DNA of 64,000 nt from an uncultured virus (IMG/VR IMGVR_UViG_3300026413_000011) (Duplodnaviria > Heunggongvirae > Uroviricota > Caudoviricetes): positions 1 through 64,000 of IMG/VR virus record IMGVR_UViG_3300026413_000011; one strand, 5' to 3'. How positions within the stretch are numbered: the first letter of the stretch is position 1; each line of letters starts with the position of its first letter. Shown here in pieces: positions 10,236 to 20,220 of this stretch. Both the position numbers and the translations under genes were made by a program. The notes beneath the pieces are model-generated. The model saw nothing but the letters and a program-made list of their open reading frames with translations. It was not told where the DNA came from and searched no databases.

Positions 10236-10317
10236 ACAGGACTCCTTCTATTTACATGATTGGTTAATCCTGTTCAATCTCATGTAGCATAGTAGTATCC
10301 CCAATAAGGAGGGGGTT

Positions 10318-10800
10318 ATGGTAATCTCATATAACACGGTTCAGGAAATTGATGCGCAGGTCAAAACGGGCTGCGGGATCGGTTATTATGGTCGGCAAGA
10401 CGATATGTCGGTTATGCCGAGGATGTTGGGCGATTGGAACCTTCGCGCCATCGGTGACTCACGCCACCCAGGTTGTGGTTTGATCGTTGCCGTACCATCA
10501 AATGCTAGGACTCGCATTATCTACATGGAAGGACGAATGACTTGGCTGAAAGCTCTTGGTTTCGATCACGATCTAGCAGTTCGATACATTCGTGCAAGTA
10601 CGGTGGTGAGTCGTAAGTGGGACCACGAGGTAGCGTTGTTTGTATTGAACAACCTCAAAATGGACGAGTACGTTTTAGATAAAATGCTAGCCAGCAACAA
10701 CCCTAAGAAAGTTGGCGAGAAGTACAATATCTATACACGTAGCACTCGAGGCAAGGTGTTAGCGGGATGTCAGATCCTTAAAAATTTGTTAGCACAATGA
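10318..10800 (+). CDS. Hypothetical protein
   Basis: Strong SD AAGGAGG; terminator after the stop. Confidence 0.8.
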   Translation: MVISYNTVQEIDAQVKTGCGIGYYGRQDDMSVMPRMLGDWNLRAIGDSRHPGCGLIVAVPSNARTRIIYMEGRMTWLKALGFDHDLAVRYIRASTVVSRKWDHEVALFVLNNLKMDEYVLDKMLASNNPKKVGEKYNIYTRSTRGKVLAGCQILKNLLAQ

Positions 10801-10804
10801 AATA

Positions 10805-10830
10805 GCCCTCCCTTCGGGGAGGGTTTATTT
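10805..10830 (+). terminator. Hairpin terminator
   Basis: GCCCTCCC-TTCG-GGGAGGGT then TTATTT. Confidence 0.8.
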
Positions 10831-10868
10831 TGCCCAATAGGTATGTATTCAATCAAGAGAAAACAATC

Positions 10869-11300
10869 ATGAACTTTTTCCTCGATTGCGAGTTTGAAGA
10901 TGCAACTCGCACTCTCATTTCTGTTGGGCTGGTAAGTGAAGATGGACAACGTGAGTTCTACGAAGTCTTACCGCACTCTCTAGTTACAGACGAGTGGGTA
11001 AAGGCGAACGTTATTCCAATCCTTCAGAAAGCACCAATCACAACCGAGCAATTCAATGCCAAGCTGAAAACTTTTGTTGATCAGTTCCCAGGCATGACGA
11101 TCTATTCGGACCACATTAATGACACAGCATACTTCAGCCGCGCTCTAGACTTGGGCGAGGGTGATTGGATTAAGATCCAACCATTGACATTTATTGTCGA
11201 CCGAGATCTATCCGCTAAGAAGTCAAAGATTTTACACAACGCCCTTTTTGATGCGCGTGCTATTCGTGACTCATTCCTGAAAAAGGAAGGGTTGGACTAA
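10869..11300 (+). CDS. DEDDh 3'-5' exo(ribo)nuclease, RNase AS-like
   Basis: FFLDCEF (ExoI) and HNALFDA (ExoIII) motifs. Confidence 0.8.
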   Translation: MNFFLDCEFEDATRTLISVGLVSEDGQREFYEVLPHSLVTDEWVKANVIPILQKAPITTEQFNAKLKTFVDQFPGMTIYSDHINDTAYFSRALDLGEGDWIKIQPLTFIVDRDLSAKKSKILHNALFDARAIRDSFLKKEGLD

Positions 11301-11318
11301 CCACTATGGAACCTTACC

Positions 11319-11972
11319 ATGTCTAACAACTACAACCGCATGACCTCTCGACCTAACCGAAAGAATCGTCCTGAGACTTTGCTACGGTTACTGATGTCTA
11401 CCTCGTACCCACATTCCACCTTAGCTGATTTGATGTTCGCTTTCTCTCGACATTCGGGACCAGCAGATCAAGAAGAACTCGACACTATTGCTGATGAGAT
11501 GACAGCAGTAGAACGTCAGTTTGGTATGACTGACTTTATCCGTACCGTTGAGATTCTCCGTAACAAAGATCAAGTTACAATCGTACTGCGTGCATTAGAC
11601 TTCGATCCATCTGTGCGTGAAGTCATCGACAATAACTCTACCCATGTAGAATTAGCTCGTGTTGCTTTCCACCTGACCTCTGCTGACGCTATGCTGGAGA
11701 ACATTGATTCACTAGCTGAAGAATTAGTATTGATGTTCCGTAAGGCACAGCAAGACAACATTCGTACGGATCGTAAGTGGCGACTGCGGCAACGACCTAC
11801 TTCGAAAGGTAATGCTAAGCTCGGTAATACGGAAGTACCTGCTACGGAAGAGATTATCGATCATCGTACTGCTGTAGCCATGCTAACGGCATCGCTAGCT
11901 AAGACTCGGTTCCATGTTGTGCTTACCCACAATACGATTCTGTTGTTCGATCAACAGCGCAGTTTGAAATGA
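11319..11972 (+). CDS. Hypothetical protein
   Basis: 217-aa ORF ending at a convergent terminator. Confidence 0.75.
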   Translation: MSNNYNRMTSRPNRKNRPETLLRLLMSTSYPHSTLADLMFAFSRHSGPADQEELDTIADEMTAVERQFGMTDFIRTVEILRNKDQVTIVLRALDFDPSVREVIDNNSTHVELARVAFHLTSADAMLENIDSLAEELVLMFRKAQQDNIRTDRKWRLRQRPTSKGNAKLGNTEVPATEEIIDHRTAVAMLTASLAKTRFHVVLTHNTILLFDQQRSLK

Positions 11973-11980
11973 CATAAATA

Positions 11981-11998
11981 CCTCTCCCTAGGGAGAGG
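11981..11998. terminator. Bidirectional hairpin terminator
   Basis: CCTCTCC-CTAG-GGAGAGG between convergent genes. Confidence 0.75.
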
Positions 11999-12008
11999 CA
12001 ATATGCCG

Positions 12009-13958
12009 TTATACCTTGGTAGTGTTTGTAGCGTTAACTACCCACTTAGTGCCATCAAGTGTGTTATTCACTTTACGACCTAGGGTAAGGATAACATCTG
12101 CCTTAGCCGTGTGTTGTCGCCACACCATGGGAATGTCATCCCAATAATGAACGATGTTGGTATCAGCAATAACTACTGCATCACCGATGTTGCCGAATGT
12201 AGGCTTACCCGCAACCCAAGCAGCGTTGTTGGTGTATACACGTAGGTTAGCCGGATTCAATTCAGCAGTCGTAAATGGAATCCGTGCTTTACCCATCGTT
12301 CGCCACCAATGCGATTGTGCAGCCAGACCTAAGTCTTTAGCTTTGGCGTAGTACTTGCTAACAAAGTTCAGAATATCAGCAATAGCAACAGTAGCTGTTT
12401 TACCTGAGAAGTACGGATGAGTAATGAGTTTCTTAGCAAACATCGGAATACTACCCGACTCAGCCAAGTATGGTGCAGGATCAGGAATCGTTACCACTCG
12501 ACTGATCGTGTATTCAAACGGATCAGTAATGGTGAATTTCATGGTCTGCCCCGATTTGATAGGAACAGCTGAACCTACACCACCGAATGGATAGTACACG
12601 GTTGACCAACCACCTGAGCCATTTGGAGTAGCTCGGAAGAAAGCAGCCAATACACCATTTACTTCGATCTTACCTAACAACGTTTGGGTTGACGACGTCC
12701 CATCCACATTGTATTCAACGCTACCCATGTACGTGCTATACGAATTACCTACGATGTTATTGAAACTGTCCCGTAGGTTTACGTCACTAGGGTTAATGAT
12801 GATGTACTTCAATGGACGGGTAATGATTGTACCGTCATCCAACTGAATCAAAACGTTAACTCGGTAAGTGCCAGCAGTAGACATGTTGAGCGTGTAGGGT
12901 TGATCTGGATTGACTTGGTCAGCTGGGTAAAGTTCTGGTACGATCAAAGATTCCGACCCACCAGCAAAGATGTAATCCGAATCAGCCATGCCAGCCAATA
13001 GTGGGTGGTCTGCAGGTGGACCTGGCAAACCGATCTGTCTACGGATCTCACTAACCAACACAGAACTTCGTCCAACGTCACCAGAAAAGTAAGCACCGAA
13101 ATGCTGGGCTACTTGAGTTGCATCACCACCGAAAATAGCACCGCGATCAATAGCATCTTGTAGGTTATTGTAGTTATCGCTACAGTGGTCAGTAATGATG
13201 GCTACACCGCTACCGGCTGCACGGAACTGAGCAATGTTAGAAGTACAGTTAGCGGTGATCCAATGCTGACCTGCCTGGTTCTCGCCACGGCTAGCTAGGA
13301 AAACAATAGCACTGTATTGTTCCATGGTCGCCAGGGAAACATCAATAGGTGCATTCCCTTGGTGAGTAGCATCGAAGTATGTTGGAATCCAACCACCGAT
13401 ATTACATACCGCATCAAACGTATCGCGGAATCCATCATCGCCAGCATTGTTCTGCTGTGGATCAGGATTGTAATGCGACTTTAAGATGTTGTATTGCCCT
13501 GTTCGTGTGGTGTTGTTCAGGAACAAGATCTTACGGTTACCTTGAGCAACTTTCCGTGGGTTAGCGATAAATGACAGTGCGTTTAACAGATACCGACAAG
13601 CCGGAGCCAAACCTGCTAAAGTAGTTGGCAATGTAGCTGGGTATGTGCCACCATTCGCTACGCGGATGTGTGAGTTATAGAACTTAGGGAAACCACCATC
13701 GTAGATAACGTTGCCACGACCGTCTTGCGTTACTGCTAGGAATGGACGATCTACAATCGGTCCTTCACCAATAGCTGGATCAGGGTTAGACGGAATGGGT
13801 TGGATATAACCTCGGTCGTATGCCAAGATCTCAGTCAACACAGGAGAACGATCATCACGAGTAATGATCGCCTTCCGGGTATTGGCTGGGAATGTAACGG
13901 TTAGAGTCTGTGCACCAGTGTATTGCCCTGGATCTAGACTTGTAATAATCTCAGCCAT
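12009..13958 (-). CDS. Putative tail fibre/virion structural protein
   Basis: 649 aa, Gly/Thr/Asn-rich beta composition, in the minus-strand structural cluster. Confidence 0.6.
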   Translation of the reverse strand: MAEIITSLDPGQYTGAQTLTVTFPANTRKAIITRDDRSPVLTEILAYDRGYIQPIPSNPDPAIGEGPIVDRPFLAVTQDGRGNVIYDGGFPKFYNSHIRVANGGTYPATLPTTLAGLAPACRYLLNALSFIANPRKVAQGNRKILFLNNTTRTGQYNILKSHYNPDPQQNNAGDDGFRDTFDAVCNIGGWIPTYFDATHQGNAPIDVSLATMEQYSAIVFLASRGENQAGQHWITANCTSNIAQFRAAGSGVAIITDHCSDNYNNLQDAIDRGAIFGGDATQVAQHFGAYFSGDVGRSSVLVSEIRRQIGLPGPPADHPLLAGMADSDYIFAGGSESLIVPELYPADQVNPDQPYTLNMSTAGTYRVNVLIQLDDGTIITRPLKYIIINPSDVNLRDSFNNIVGNSYSTYMGSVEYNVDGTSSTQTLLGKIEVNGVLAAFFRATPNGSGGWSTVYYPFGGVGSAVPIKSGQTMKFTITDPFEYTISRVVTIPDPAPYLAESGSIPMFAKKLITHPYFSGKTATVAIADILNFVSKYYAKAKDLGLAAQSHWWRTMGKARIPFTTAELNPANLRVYTNNAAWVAGKPTFGNIGDAVVIADTNIVHYWDDIPMVWRQHTAKADVILTLGRKVNNTLDGTKWVVNATNTTKV

Positions 13959-13965
13959 TGTTCAC

Positions 13966-14328
13966 TCACTTCTTAACAGGTTCTGTAATACGTGCGTGGT
14001 ACGTTACAGCAGCCGTGTGGTTATTACGGATAGTGATCTTACCATCCGCAGCAATAGCAAAGTCCAATACCGCAGTTGCAAGAATCACAGGTGGGTTAGG
14101 GGTAACAAATGGATCAACCATTCGTAGTTCAACCCCTACGGAATAGATGTTGTGAGTAGTTGACGTGTATCCAATAATACCAGGGGCATCATAAACCACG
14201 CTACCGTTAGCAGGCACGCTGCCAGTAATGTAACGGAATCGTCCACCAGCACCGACACCTCCCTCTTCAATTTTATCGAACCATGCCTGGATGTAACCAA
14301 GCATTTGTTCTTTTGTCATAGCAGCCAT
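13966..14328 (-). CDS. Putative tail-associated structural protein
   Basis: Shares an N-terminal TKxxMxxYxxAW helix with its neighbours. Confidence 0.6.
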   Translation of the reverse strand: MAAMTKEQMLGYIQAWFDKIEEGGVGAGGRFRYITGSVPANGSVVYDAPGIIGYTSTTHNIYSVGVELRMVDPFVTPNPPVILATAVLDFAIAADGKITIRNNHTAAVTYHARITEPVKK

Positions 14329-14337
14329 TTTATCACC

Positions 14338-14772
14338 TTAGCCAATTTGCGTGAGTCCTGTGGTCATGAATCTTTTCAGATCCCCATAACCGTCAGCTAC
14401 ATGAACCCGTCCGCTCCACGAACTGAAGTAGACTCGACGTTGACGGATTTTATCAAAGTATCCAGTAGATGTAGCTGTCCATGTCCCTGCATCTGGATCA
14501 TACGTTTCGATTTGGCGAGTGAAAGCATTAATCAGTTCATTACCACCGTTAGGGTAGTTGTTGATTAATGATTGTTTCGCTATTGCCACTTCGTTTGCAG
14601 TTGTTGCAATTTGGAGAATACTAACAGCAGACTCCGGTTTGAATGAAAACACGCCTTCATTGTTATCAATGAACAATACTTGATCTCGATACGCCTTCGA
14701 TCTAGCGAAAGCGTTAATCGTCCGAGTAATGAAAGCGTTGATGTATGAAAGCATTGAAGCCTTAGTAGCCAT
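14338..14772 (-). CDS. Putative tail-associated structural protein
   Basis: AGGTG SD; paralogous N-terminus. Confidence 0.6.
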   Translation of the reverse strand: MATKASMLSYINAFITRTINAFARSKAYRDQVLFIDNNEGVFSFKPESAVSILQIATTANEVAIAKQSLINNYPNGGNELINAFTRQIETYDPDAGTWTATSTGYFDKIRQRRVYFSSWSGRVHVADGYGDLKRFMTTGLTQIG

Positions 14773-14779
14773 AAATCAC

Positions 14780-15181
14780 CTATGGAGTTGGAATAGTGGT
14801 ATCCACTGCATGTAATGCTCCAGGTTCCCCATGCAGAAAGACTTTACCGTTGTTGCGTCCAAGTACCAATGTGTATTTACGCAGGAAGGCCCTTCCGCCC
14901 ACGTATGGGGTCGATACCCACGAACCACTAGCTTTGGTCCAATACGTAGACGTACGCGTATCTAGGTAGTCCACAGTGCCTGCCTGAAGCGTTGTAGCTT
15001 CAGCGGCAGTAGTAGCGAGGTTGAAGATACTCATTGGCATCCCAGCATAGAACTGCATGCCTTTTGGATTCGTATCCGTGGAGAACACAGCAGTCCTTTT
15101 AGGAACAGCTAAGATCAAATCGGTAACGCGTTTTAACCACGCTACCGAGTAATCGATCATCTCTTGTTTAGTCATGCTCAC
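14780..15181 (-). CDS. Putative tail-associated structural protein
   Basis: Paralogous N-terminus MTKQEMIDYSVAW. Confidence 0.6.
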   Translation of the reverse strand: MSMTKQEMIDYSVAWLKRVTDLILAVPKRTAVFSTDTNPKGMQFYAGMPMSIFNLATTAAEATTLQAGTVDYLDTRTSTYWTKASGSWVSTPYVGGRAFLRKYTLVLGRNNGKVFLHGEPGALHAVDTTIPTP

Positions 15182-18027
15182 AGTCGATATACCCGCGATT
15201 CAGAATCGACATAGTAGAACTTACCGGTTGTCATGTTGTGGTGTGTCCACTCCAATGCCAGTAGTCCTTCAGCGATTAGGTTAGCTTTAGTACTTGCGAC
15301 TTTCGTCCAAGCGTTATTAGCGAATACCCATTTAGACCAATCACGAACATCAATGATTGGTAAACGAGATTCTGGTCGTTGGAATACTTTCCATGTAGCA
15401 TTCGGCTGAGAGGTAGCTGTGTAACCAAACGACTGTGGTCCAAGGAACACCGCCAGTTGTGGATCAGCTGCCAAGTCAATGACACGCTTAGCTGGTTCGA
15501 AGTAAACATCGCTACCGAATTGAGAAGTCTCTACGGTGAGGATGTTCTTCTGACGTGTTACTTTAATCCGTGCACCCAGTGGGTTAGCAGCAGGCCACAA
15601 ACCGTTCGCACCGTTAACGCCAGGACCAGTAGCAACTGTACCGTTCGTCCACGTCAATCCATCAAGAACAGCATCGATTGGATAACGAGCAATGTTGTAT
15701 CCATTGAAGTCTTTATCGATCACTAATGGAGCACGACCATTACCCGCACGTTGTACGGTGAGGATGTGTGTGGTGTTATCCGATTTGTCCAAGGCATAAG
15801 CTGCAATGACACCAGCAAAGTCATCGTCGTTACCCGTAGAAGACACCTGTACTTCAAACACGTAGTCTTCATATTTCTCAGGAGACACGAAACCTAATAC
15901 CGATGCAGAGTTGATCGTGCTTCGAATGGAATCCGTATTAGCGTCGTATGCCCATGTATCCAACTCAGTTAGGTTGAATTCGTCAGTGTAAGTACTACCC
16001 CCACGACTGATTCGTTTCCACCATTTGAATACGGATTCAAACGTTTCACTTGCACCTTTCTGTGTTTCCAGATCGGTATCGTTTTCTACGATCGAGCAAG
16101 GCATGAAGATATGACGACCATCGAACTTACCGTCAGCATCAGTTACCAACACCGTGTTCATTTTGTTGACCGGCACAGTAATGCTCTTACTCACAGTCTC
16201 AGCAAATGTGTTTAGCCCAGAGGTCATCTGTGTCTTACGGTTCGGTACATACGCTGGCAGATCTTCATTCAGCTGATACATACGGAATCGACGGTTAGAA
16301 GGATCTCCTGATAGGATACCTACCAACAACTCCGGATGACCATCTTGACCGATAGCAATGGCTAAGCCTTCTGGTTCATACCGAACAGCAGTGGCTTCCA
16401 TAGCAGCGGCAATACGACCAGCATTTAGGTTGTTGTCTTTATAGACAGGTTCGCCAGTGATCAGATCGTAGATATGGAATCGTTTGTTTACGTCTGGTGT
16501 GAAACCAGTACCACCAGCAACCATGTACACGTAACGACCATCGCTAGCCAGACCTTGTAATGGGTTAGATGGATCATAAAGATCATCGGTTTCCCATTCG
16601 TACAGATGACGTGTCGTGTAATTACCTGCACCACCTGCTACTAATGTAGCCAGATCGAATACCCGTACTACCGATCGAGTTGTACCAAAGCGCATGCCAT
16701 GGGCAATCAGATACTTGCCATCCGAACTGACGGTTGGTGTACATGACGTGCTATTCGCAAACGTACCCGTAGGGAACAGTTCAAATACTTCTGCCGTATC
16801 AATCGCAACACCCGGAGTATAACTAAATCGAGCTGCTGATCGACCAACAACACTAGAAGTAGTCCAGAGCTTAATCGTTGACGCTAGGTATTCAGTACTT
16901 AGTCCTTGGTGGCCAATAGCTGCACCATTAATCAAAGTCTGATCGATTGGATTGACTTTGATACCACCATCCATCGGATAGCGGTTGATCGCCCCTGCTT
17001 CAGAAATGTAGAGGTGTCGTTGTCTTTCATCAAACGTGAATGCCTGAGCACCCCGAGTAATGGTAGAACCGTTAACAGCTTGTAAGTCGTAACGGAGTGT
17101 GGACTTAGATCCACCTAAATGTTTGTCGGGCATTGGAATACTCACTTTTGGTAAAGGGTATGGACGATGCGCGTTCAATCGATAGATGTCATACCGACGA
17201 TCTGGGTAAGCATACATGATCCCTACGTAGAGATAATACTTACCGTCATCACCAATACGCATTGACATGCCTTCTGGTTCCCAGGCTCGGTAGTTAGGTA
17301 CAGACATAGCTTTGTCTTTACCAATAAGCAAGTTGTTCTCTTGCTCCACCATCAAACCATCGATCGTGTAAACGTGTAGTCGTTTGTTTACCGTTGCATC
17401 AACGCCAGTACCACCAGCTACCAGATAAACATAACTACCACAACACGCCATACCCTGCATCGGATTGTTTTCATCCGTTAAGCCAGGTACTTCGAATTCA
17501 TAGGTCCATGCGTTGGTATAGTTACCAGGTCCGCCTGCTACTAATGTAGCTAGGTTGAACACACGTACAAGTGTTGTAGTTGAATCTGCTTTCATGCCCT
17601 GAGCAACCAGCCATTTGTTATCAAGGCTAACTGTCGGGGTGGTTTGAATGGAGTTCTTGTGCGTGGTGTTAGGGAACAGTCGATACTCTTCCCCTGTGTT
17701 AATTGCCACACCTGCTTGGTATTCGATACGGGTAGCAGCACGCCGGTCTACGTTCGACGTAGTCCATAGACGGATACCTGTTGGTAGGTATTCGATCGCT
17801 AAGCCTTGGTGACCTACGGCTGTACCGTTGATCAATGATCGATCTAGGCTACGTAGACCAACACCACCTTTCAGTTCGTATCGGTTAATAGCCCCGTCTA
17901 GTGTGGCATAGCAGATCTTCGCCCGTTCATCGAAAGCAAAAGACTGCGCAGCACGCACAGTCTCTGAACCATTCATATCCAGGAGTTCGAAAGCAATCGA
18001 GTTTTCGGTATTGAAGTTAAGACTCAT
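15178..18027 (-). CDS. Putative receptor-binding/tail protein with two tandem beta-propeller-like domains
   Basis: Internal duplication of about 290 aa (AQSFAFDER/AQAFTFDER, GHQGL twice, EPEG twice). Confidence 0.65.
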   Translation of the reverse strand: MSLNFNTENSIAFELLDMNGSETVRAAQSFAFDERAKICYATLDGAINRYELKGGVGLRSLDRSLINGTAVGHQGLAIEYLPTGIRLWTTSNVDRRAATRIEYQAGVAINTGEEYRLFPNTTHKNSIQTTPTVSLDNKWLVAQGMKADSTTTLVRVFNLATLVAGGPGNYTNAWTYEFEVPGLTDENNPMQGMACCGSYVYLVAGGTGVDATVNKRLHVYTIDGLMVEQENNLLIGKDKAMSVPNYRAWEPEGMSMRIGDDGKYYLYVGIMYAYPDRRYDIYRLNAHRPYPLPKVSIPMPDKHLGGSKSTLRYDLQAVNGSTITRGAQAFTFDERQRHLYISEAGAINRYPMDGGIKVNPIDQTLINGAAIGHQGLSTEYLASTIKLWTTSSVVGRSAARFSYTPGVAIDTAEVFELFPTGTFANSTSCTPTVSSDGKYLIAHGMRFGTTRSVVRVFDLATLVAGGAGNYTTRHLYEWETDDLYDPSNPLQGLASDGRYVYMVAGGTGFTPDVNKRFHIYDLITGEPVYKDNNLNAGRIAAAMEATAVRYEPEGLAIAIGQDGHPELLVGILSGDPSNRRFRMYQLNEDLPAYVPNRKTQMTSGLNTFAETVSKSITVPVNKMNTVLVTDADGKFDGRHIFMPCSIVENDTDLETQKGASETFESVFKWWKRISRGGSTYTDEFNLTELDTWAYDANTDSIRSTINSASVLGFVSPEKYEDYVFEVQVSSTGNDDDFAGVIAAYALDKSDNTTHILTVQRAGNGRAPLVIDKDFNGYNIARYPIDAVLDGLTWTNGTVATGPGVNGANGLWPAANPLGARIKVTRQKNILTVETSQFGSDVYFEPAKRVIDLAADPQLAVFLGPQSFGYTATSQPNATWKVFQRPESRLPIIDVRDWSKWVFANNAWTKVASTKANLIAEGLLALEWTHHNMTTGKFYYVDSESRVYRL

Positions 18028-18028
18028 T

Positions 18029-20149
18029 TTATCTCATCCATCCAGGGACTCGGTTGGCTGTGTATTTAGGTACTTCGAATTCTTTTTGGTCTACGGTTAG
18101 ATCGTAGGCTTCCATTGATTTCTGTAGTACCGCATAGAACATCTTGTTTTCATCAAACTCTTTTGGTTGGTTAGCCAGGTAGGATTCAAATGCTTCCTTC
18201 TGTTCGAATGGAGATTTGACGCCAGTGATCTCTTCAACCATTGCTTGAGACCAAGCCAAGATGTCAGCCGAACGGGTCGAGATGTTAGGTACGTCACCAG
18301 TATCCAACACAGCGGTGTAAACCACACACTGAGAATCCTGACCAATACGCCAGATACGGGCAATAGCCTGTTCTAGGATATAGCTACGGAATGGCGAGTT
18401 CAGAATCAACATGGTGTCAGCCATGGTTAGGCGCACAGCAGTTGCAAGGGACGCGTAAGTAGCGAGTAGCGGGTTCAGCTTAGGATCTTTATCGAAACGA
18501 CCTACAATCGAAGACAGCTCGTTAGACGTTTTGCCGTAGACAGCAATTGGAGTCATACCGAGTTTACGGGTATGGGAATCCGAGGCTTCTAGTGCTTCCA
18601 CGAACGAAGTAAACATGATCGTCTTCTTCTGAGTGGATTCCACGATACCAACCCAGTCAACATGTGGAACCATAGCTACGTGACATTCAATACGCTTACC
18701 ACCCAGGATACGTCCGAGGGTTTCACCTTGGATCTTCAGCATCACGTATTTGATAGCCGACTTAACATCACGGAACTCATGAATCATCGACTGTGGTAAC
18801 GATGGACCGAACACGAGCTTCTCGTATTTGTTAGTAGCCTTGATCTCTTCACCCGTGAATCGTGGATCTGGGTTAGCGATAACGATCTTCAGTACACGAC
18901 GATATTCGTTATAAGCAGCAGTCTGTTCTTTTGTACGGAGGGTAGCTTCGTGTAACCGTAAGCATTCGGCCCAGTATTTCTCATCCTGTGGTTTCCGATC
19001 TTTGTAGTACTTGACACGCTCTTTAATGAACGCTTCCATCACTACCTTAATAGCCGGGAGTGTGAAGTCGTTACCATTCGGGATCTGGATCTTGTAGGGT
19101 TTGTTGATCGGTGGTTTGAGACCAGTGTCTTTCTCAGTCTTAGCGATGAAGAATGACATGAAGCCCATTCGATGTCGGATAATGTCCAGACCCTTACCAC
19201 CTTCTTTCCCGTAGATCAACCGGAACCTAGCTTCCACTTCAGGAGTGAACAATGGATCGGATACAGTCATCAACGTGATCAATTCAGCACCCAGTGCTTT
19301 AACTGGAGTACCAGAAGCCAAGATGTTGTCTTGTGAGCCTAGGGCCTTAACGCACGCGATATAGAGCTGCGTTTGCATGGACTTAGGGTCGTTCATGTTG
19401 TGACATTCATCAAGCGCAGTGAAGATCTTCTGGCCTTTAAACACACCGGTCTGTACTAGGTCGAGGAAGTTCGATAGCCATTGATAGTGAACAATGATAA
19501 TCCGCTCACCATTGTAAGGTCTGCCCATTGCTGAGGACCACACAGTTTGCTTCTGATGGTACATCTCATCCATCGAGGCTTCCCACACAACTTCAACTGC
19601 TCGTTTCTCACAGAAGAATACCATCTTGTCAGCACCGAGCATCTCACCGATAGCTGTACACATGTAGGTCTTGCCAGTACCAGGTTCCGCGTGTAGCAGA
19701 TCGCCCACAAGGTTCCATTGATCCAGTCGAGTATTGTACGACTGGAAGTATTCCATCTGTGGTTGCTTAGCCGAGAACTTCAGGTTGTTTAGTTTGGAGA
19801 AGTCCAGGCGACCTACCGCGTTAGGCTCAGGTTTAGCAAACGCTTTACCAACCCATGTAGATGTCAGCATTGCTTCACGGATAGCAGCTGCCGTTCGTAC
19901 CGAGATGAATCGGGAACGGTAGTTCATCACGCTGTTGAGGATGTACAAGAAGTCAGGAGCAAAGAACTTATAGAACCGAAGTTCTGTAGATGAAGCGTGG
20001 TTGAAGATGTTGGCCGCAATACGTGAAGTCTTCCAATACTTGGAAATGTCCCGAACGAGATGATTCCCGTTTACACCGGAGAGGATGATTTCGTTGCCTT
20101 GTTCTTTAGCAACTACGACGCCCATCAAACGTCGGAAATAGCTTTGCAT
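18029..20149 (-). CDS. SF2 (SNF2/DExH-like) helicase
   Basis: Walker A PGTGKT, DECH, SGTP, QAIARIWRIGQ. Confidence 0.9.
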   Translation of the reverse strand: MQSYFRRLMGVVVAKEQGNEIILSGVNGNHLVRDISKYWKTSRIAANIFNHASSTELRFYKFFAPDFLYILNSVMNYRSRFISVRTAAAIREAMLTSTWVGKAFAKPEPNAVGRLDFSKLNNLKFSAKQPQMEYFQSYNTRLDQWNLVGDLLHAEPGTGKTYMCTAIGEMLGADKMVFFCEKRAVEVVWEASMDEMYHQKQTVWSSAMGRPYNGERIIIVHYQWLSNFLDLVQTGVFKGQKIFTALDECHNMNDPKSMQTQLYIACVKALGSQDNILASGTPVKALGAELITLMTVSDPLFTPEVEARFRLIYGKEGGKGLDIIRHRMGFMSFFIAKTEKDTGLKPPINKPYKIQIPNGNDFTLPAIKVVMEAFIKERVKYYKDRKPQDEKYWAECLRLHEATLRTKEQTAAYNEYRRVLKIVIANPDPRFTGEEIKATNKYEKLVFGPSLPQSMIHEFRDVKSAIKYVMLKIQGETLGRILGGKRIECHVAMVPHVDWVGIVESTQKKTIMFTSFVEALEASDSHTRKLGMTPIAVYGKTSNELSSIVGRFDKDPKLNPLLATYASLATAVRLTMADTMLILNSPFRSYILEQAIARIWRIGQDSQCVVYTAVLDTGDVPNISTRSADILAWSQAMVEEITGVKSPFEQKEAFESYLANQPKEFDENKMFYAVLQKSMEAYDLTVDQKEFEVPKYTANRVPGWMR

Positions 20150-20220
20150 GGTTGAGCCCTTGTTCTTTATTAGAAGTCATAAGATTAGCCCCGATCAGAA
20201 ATAAAATACTTTATGCATGA

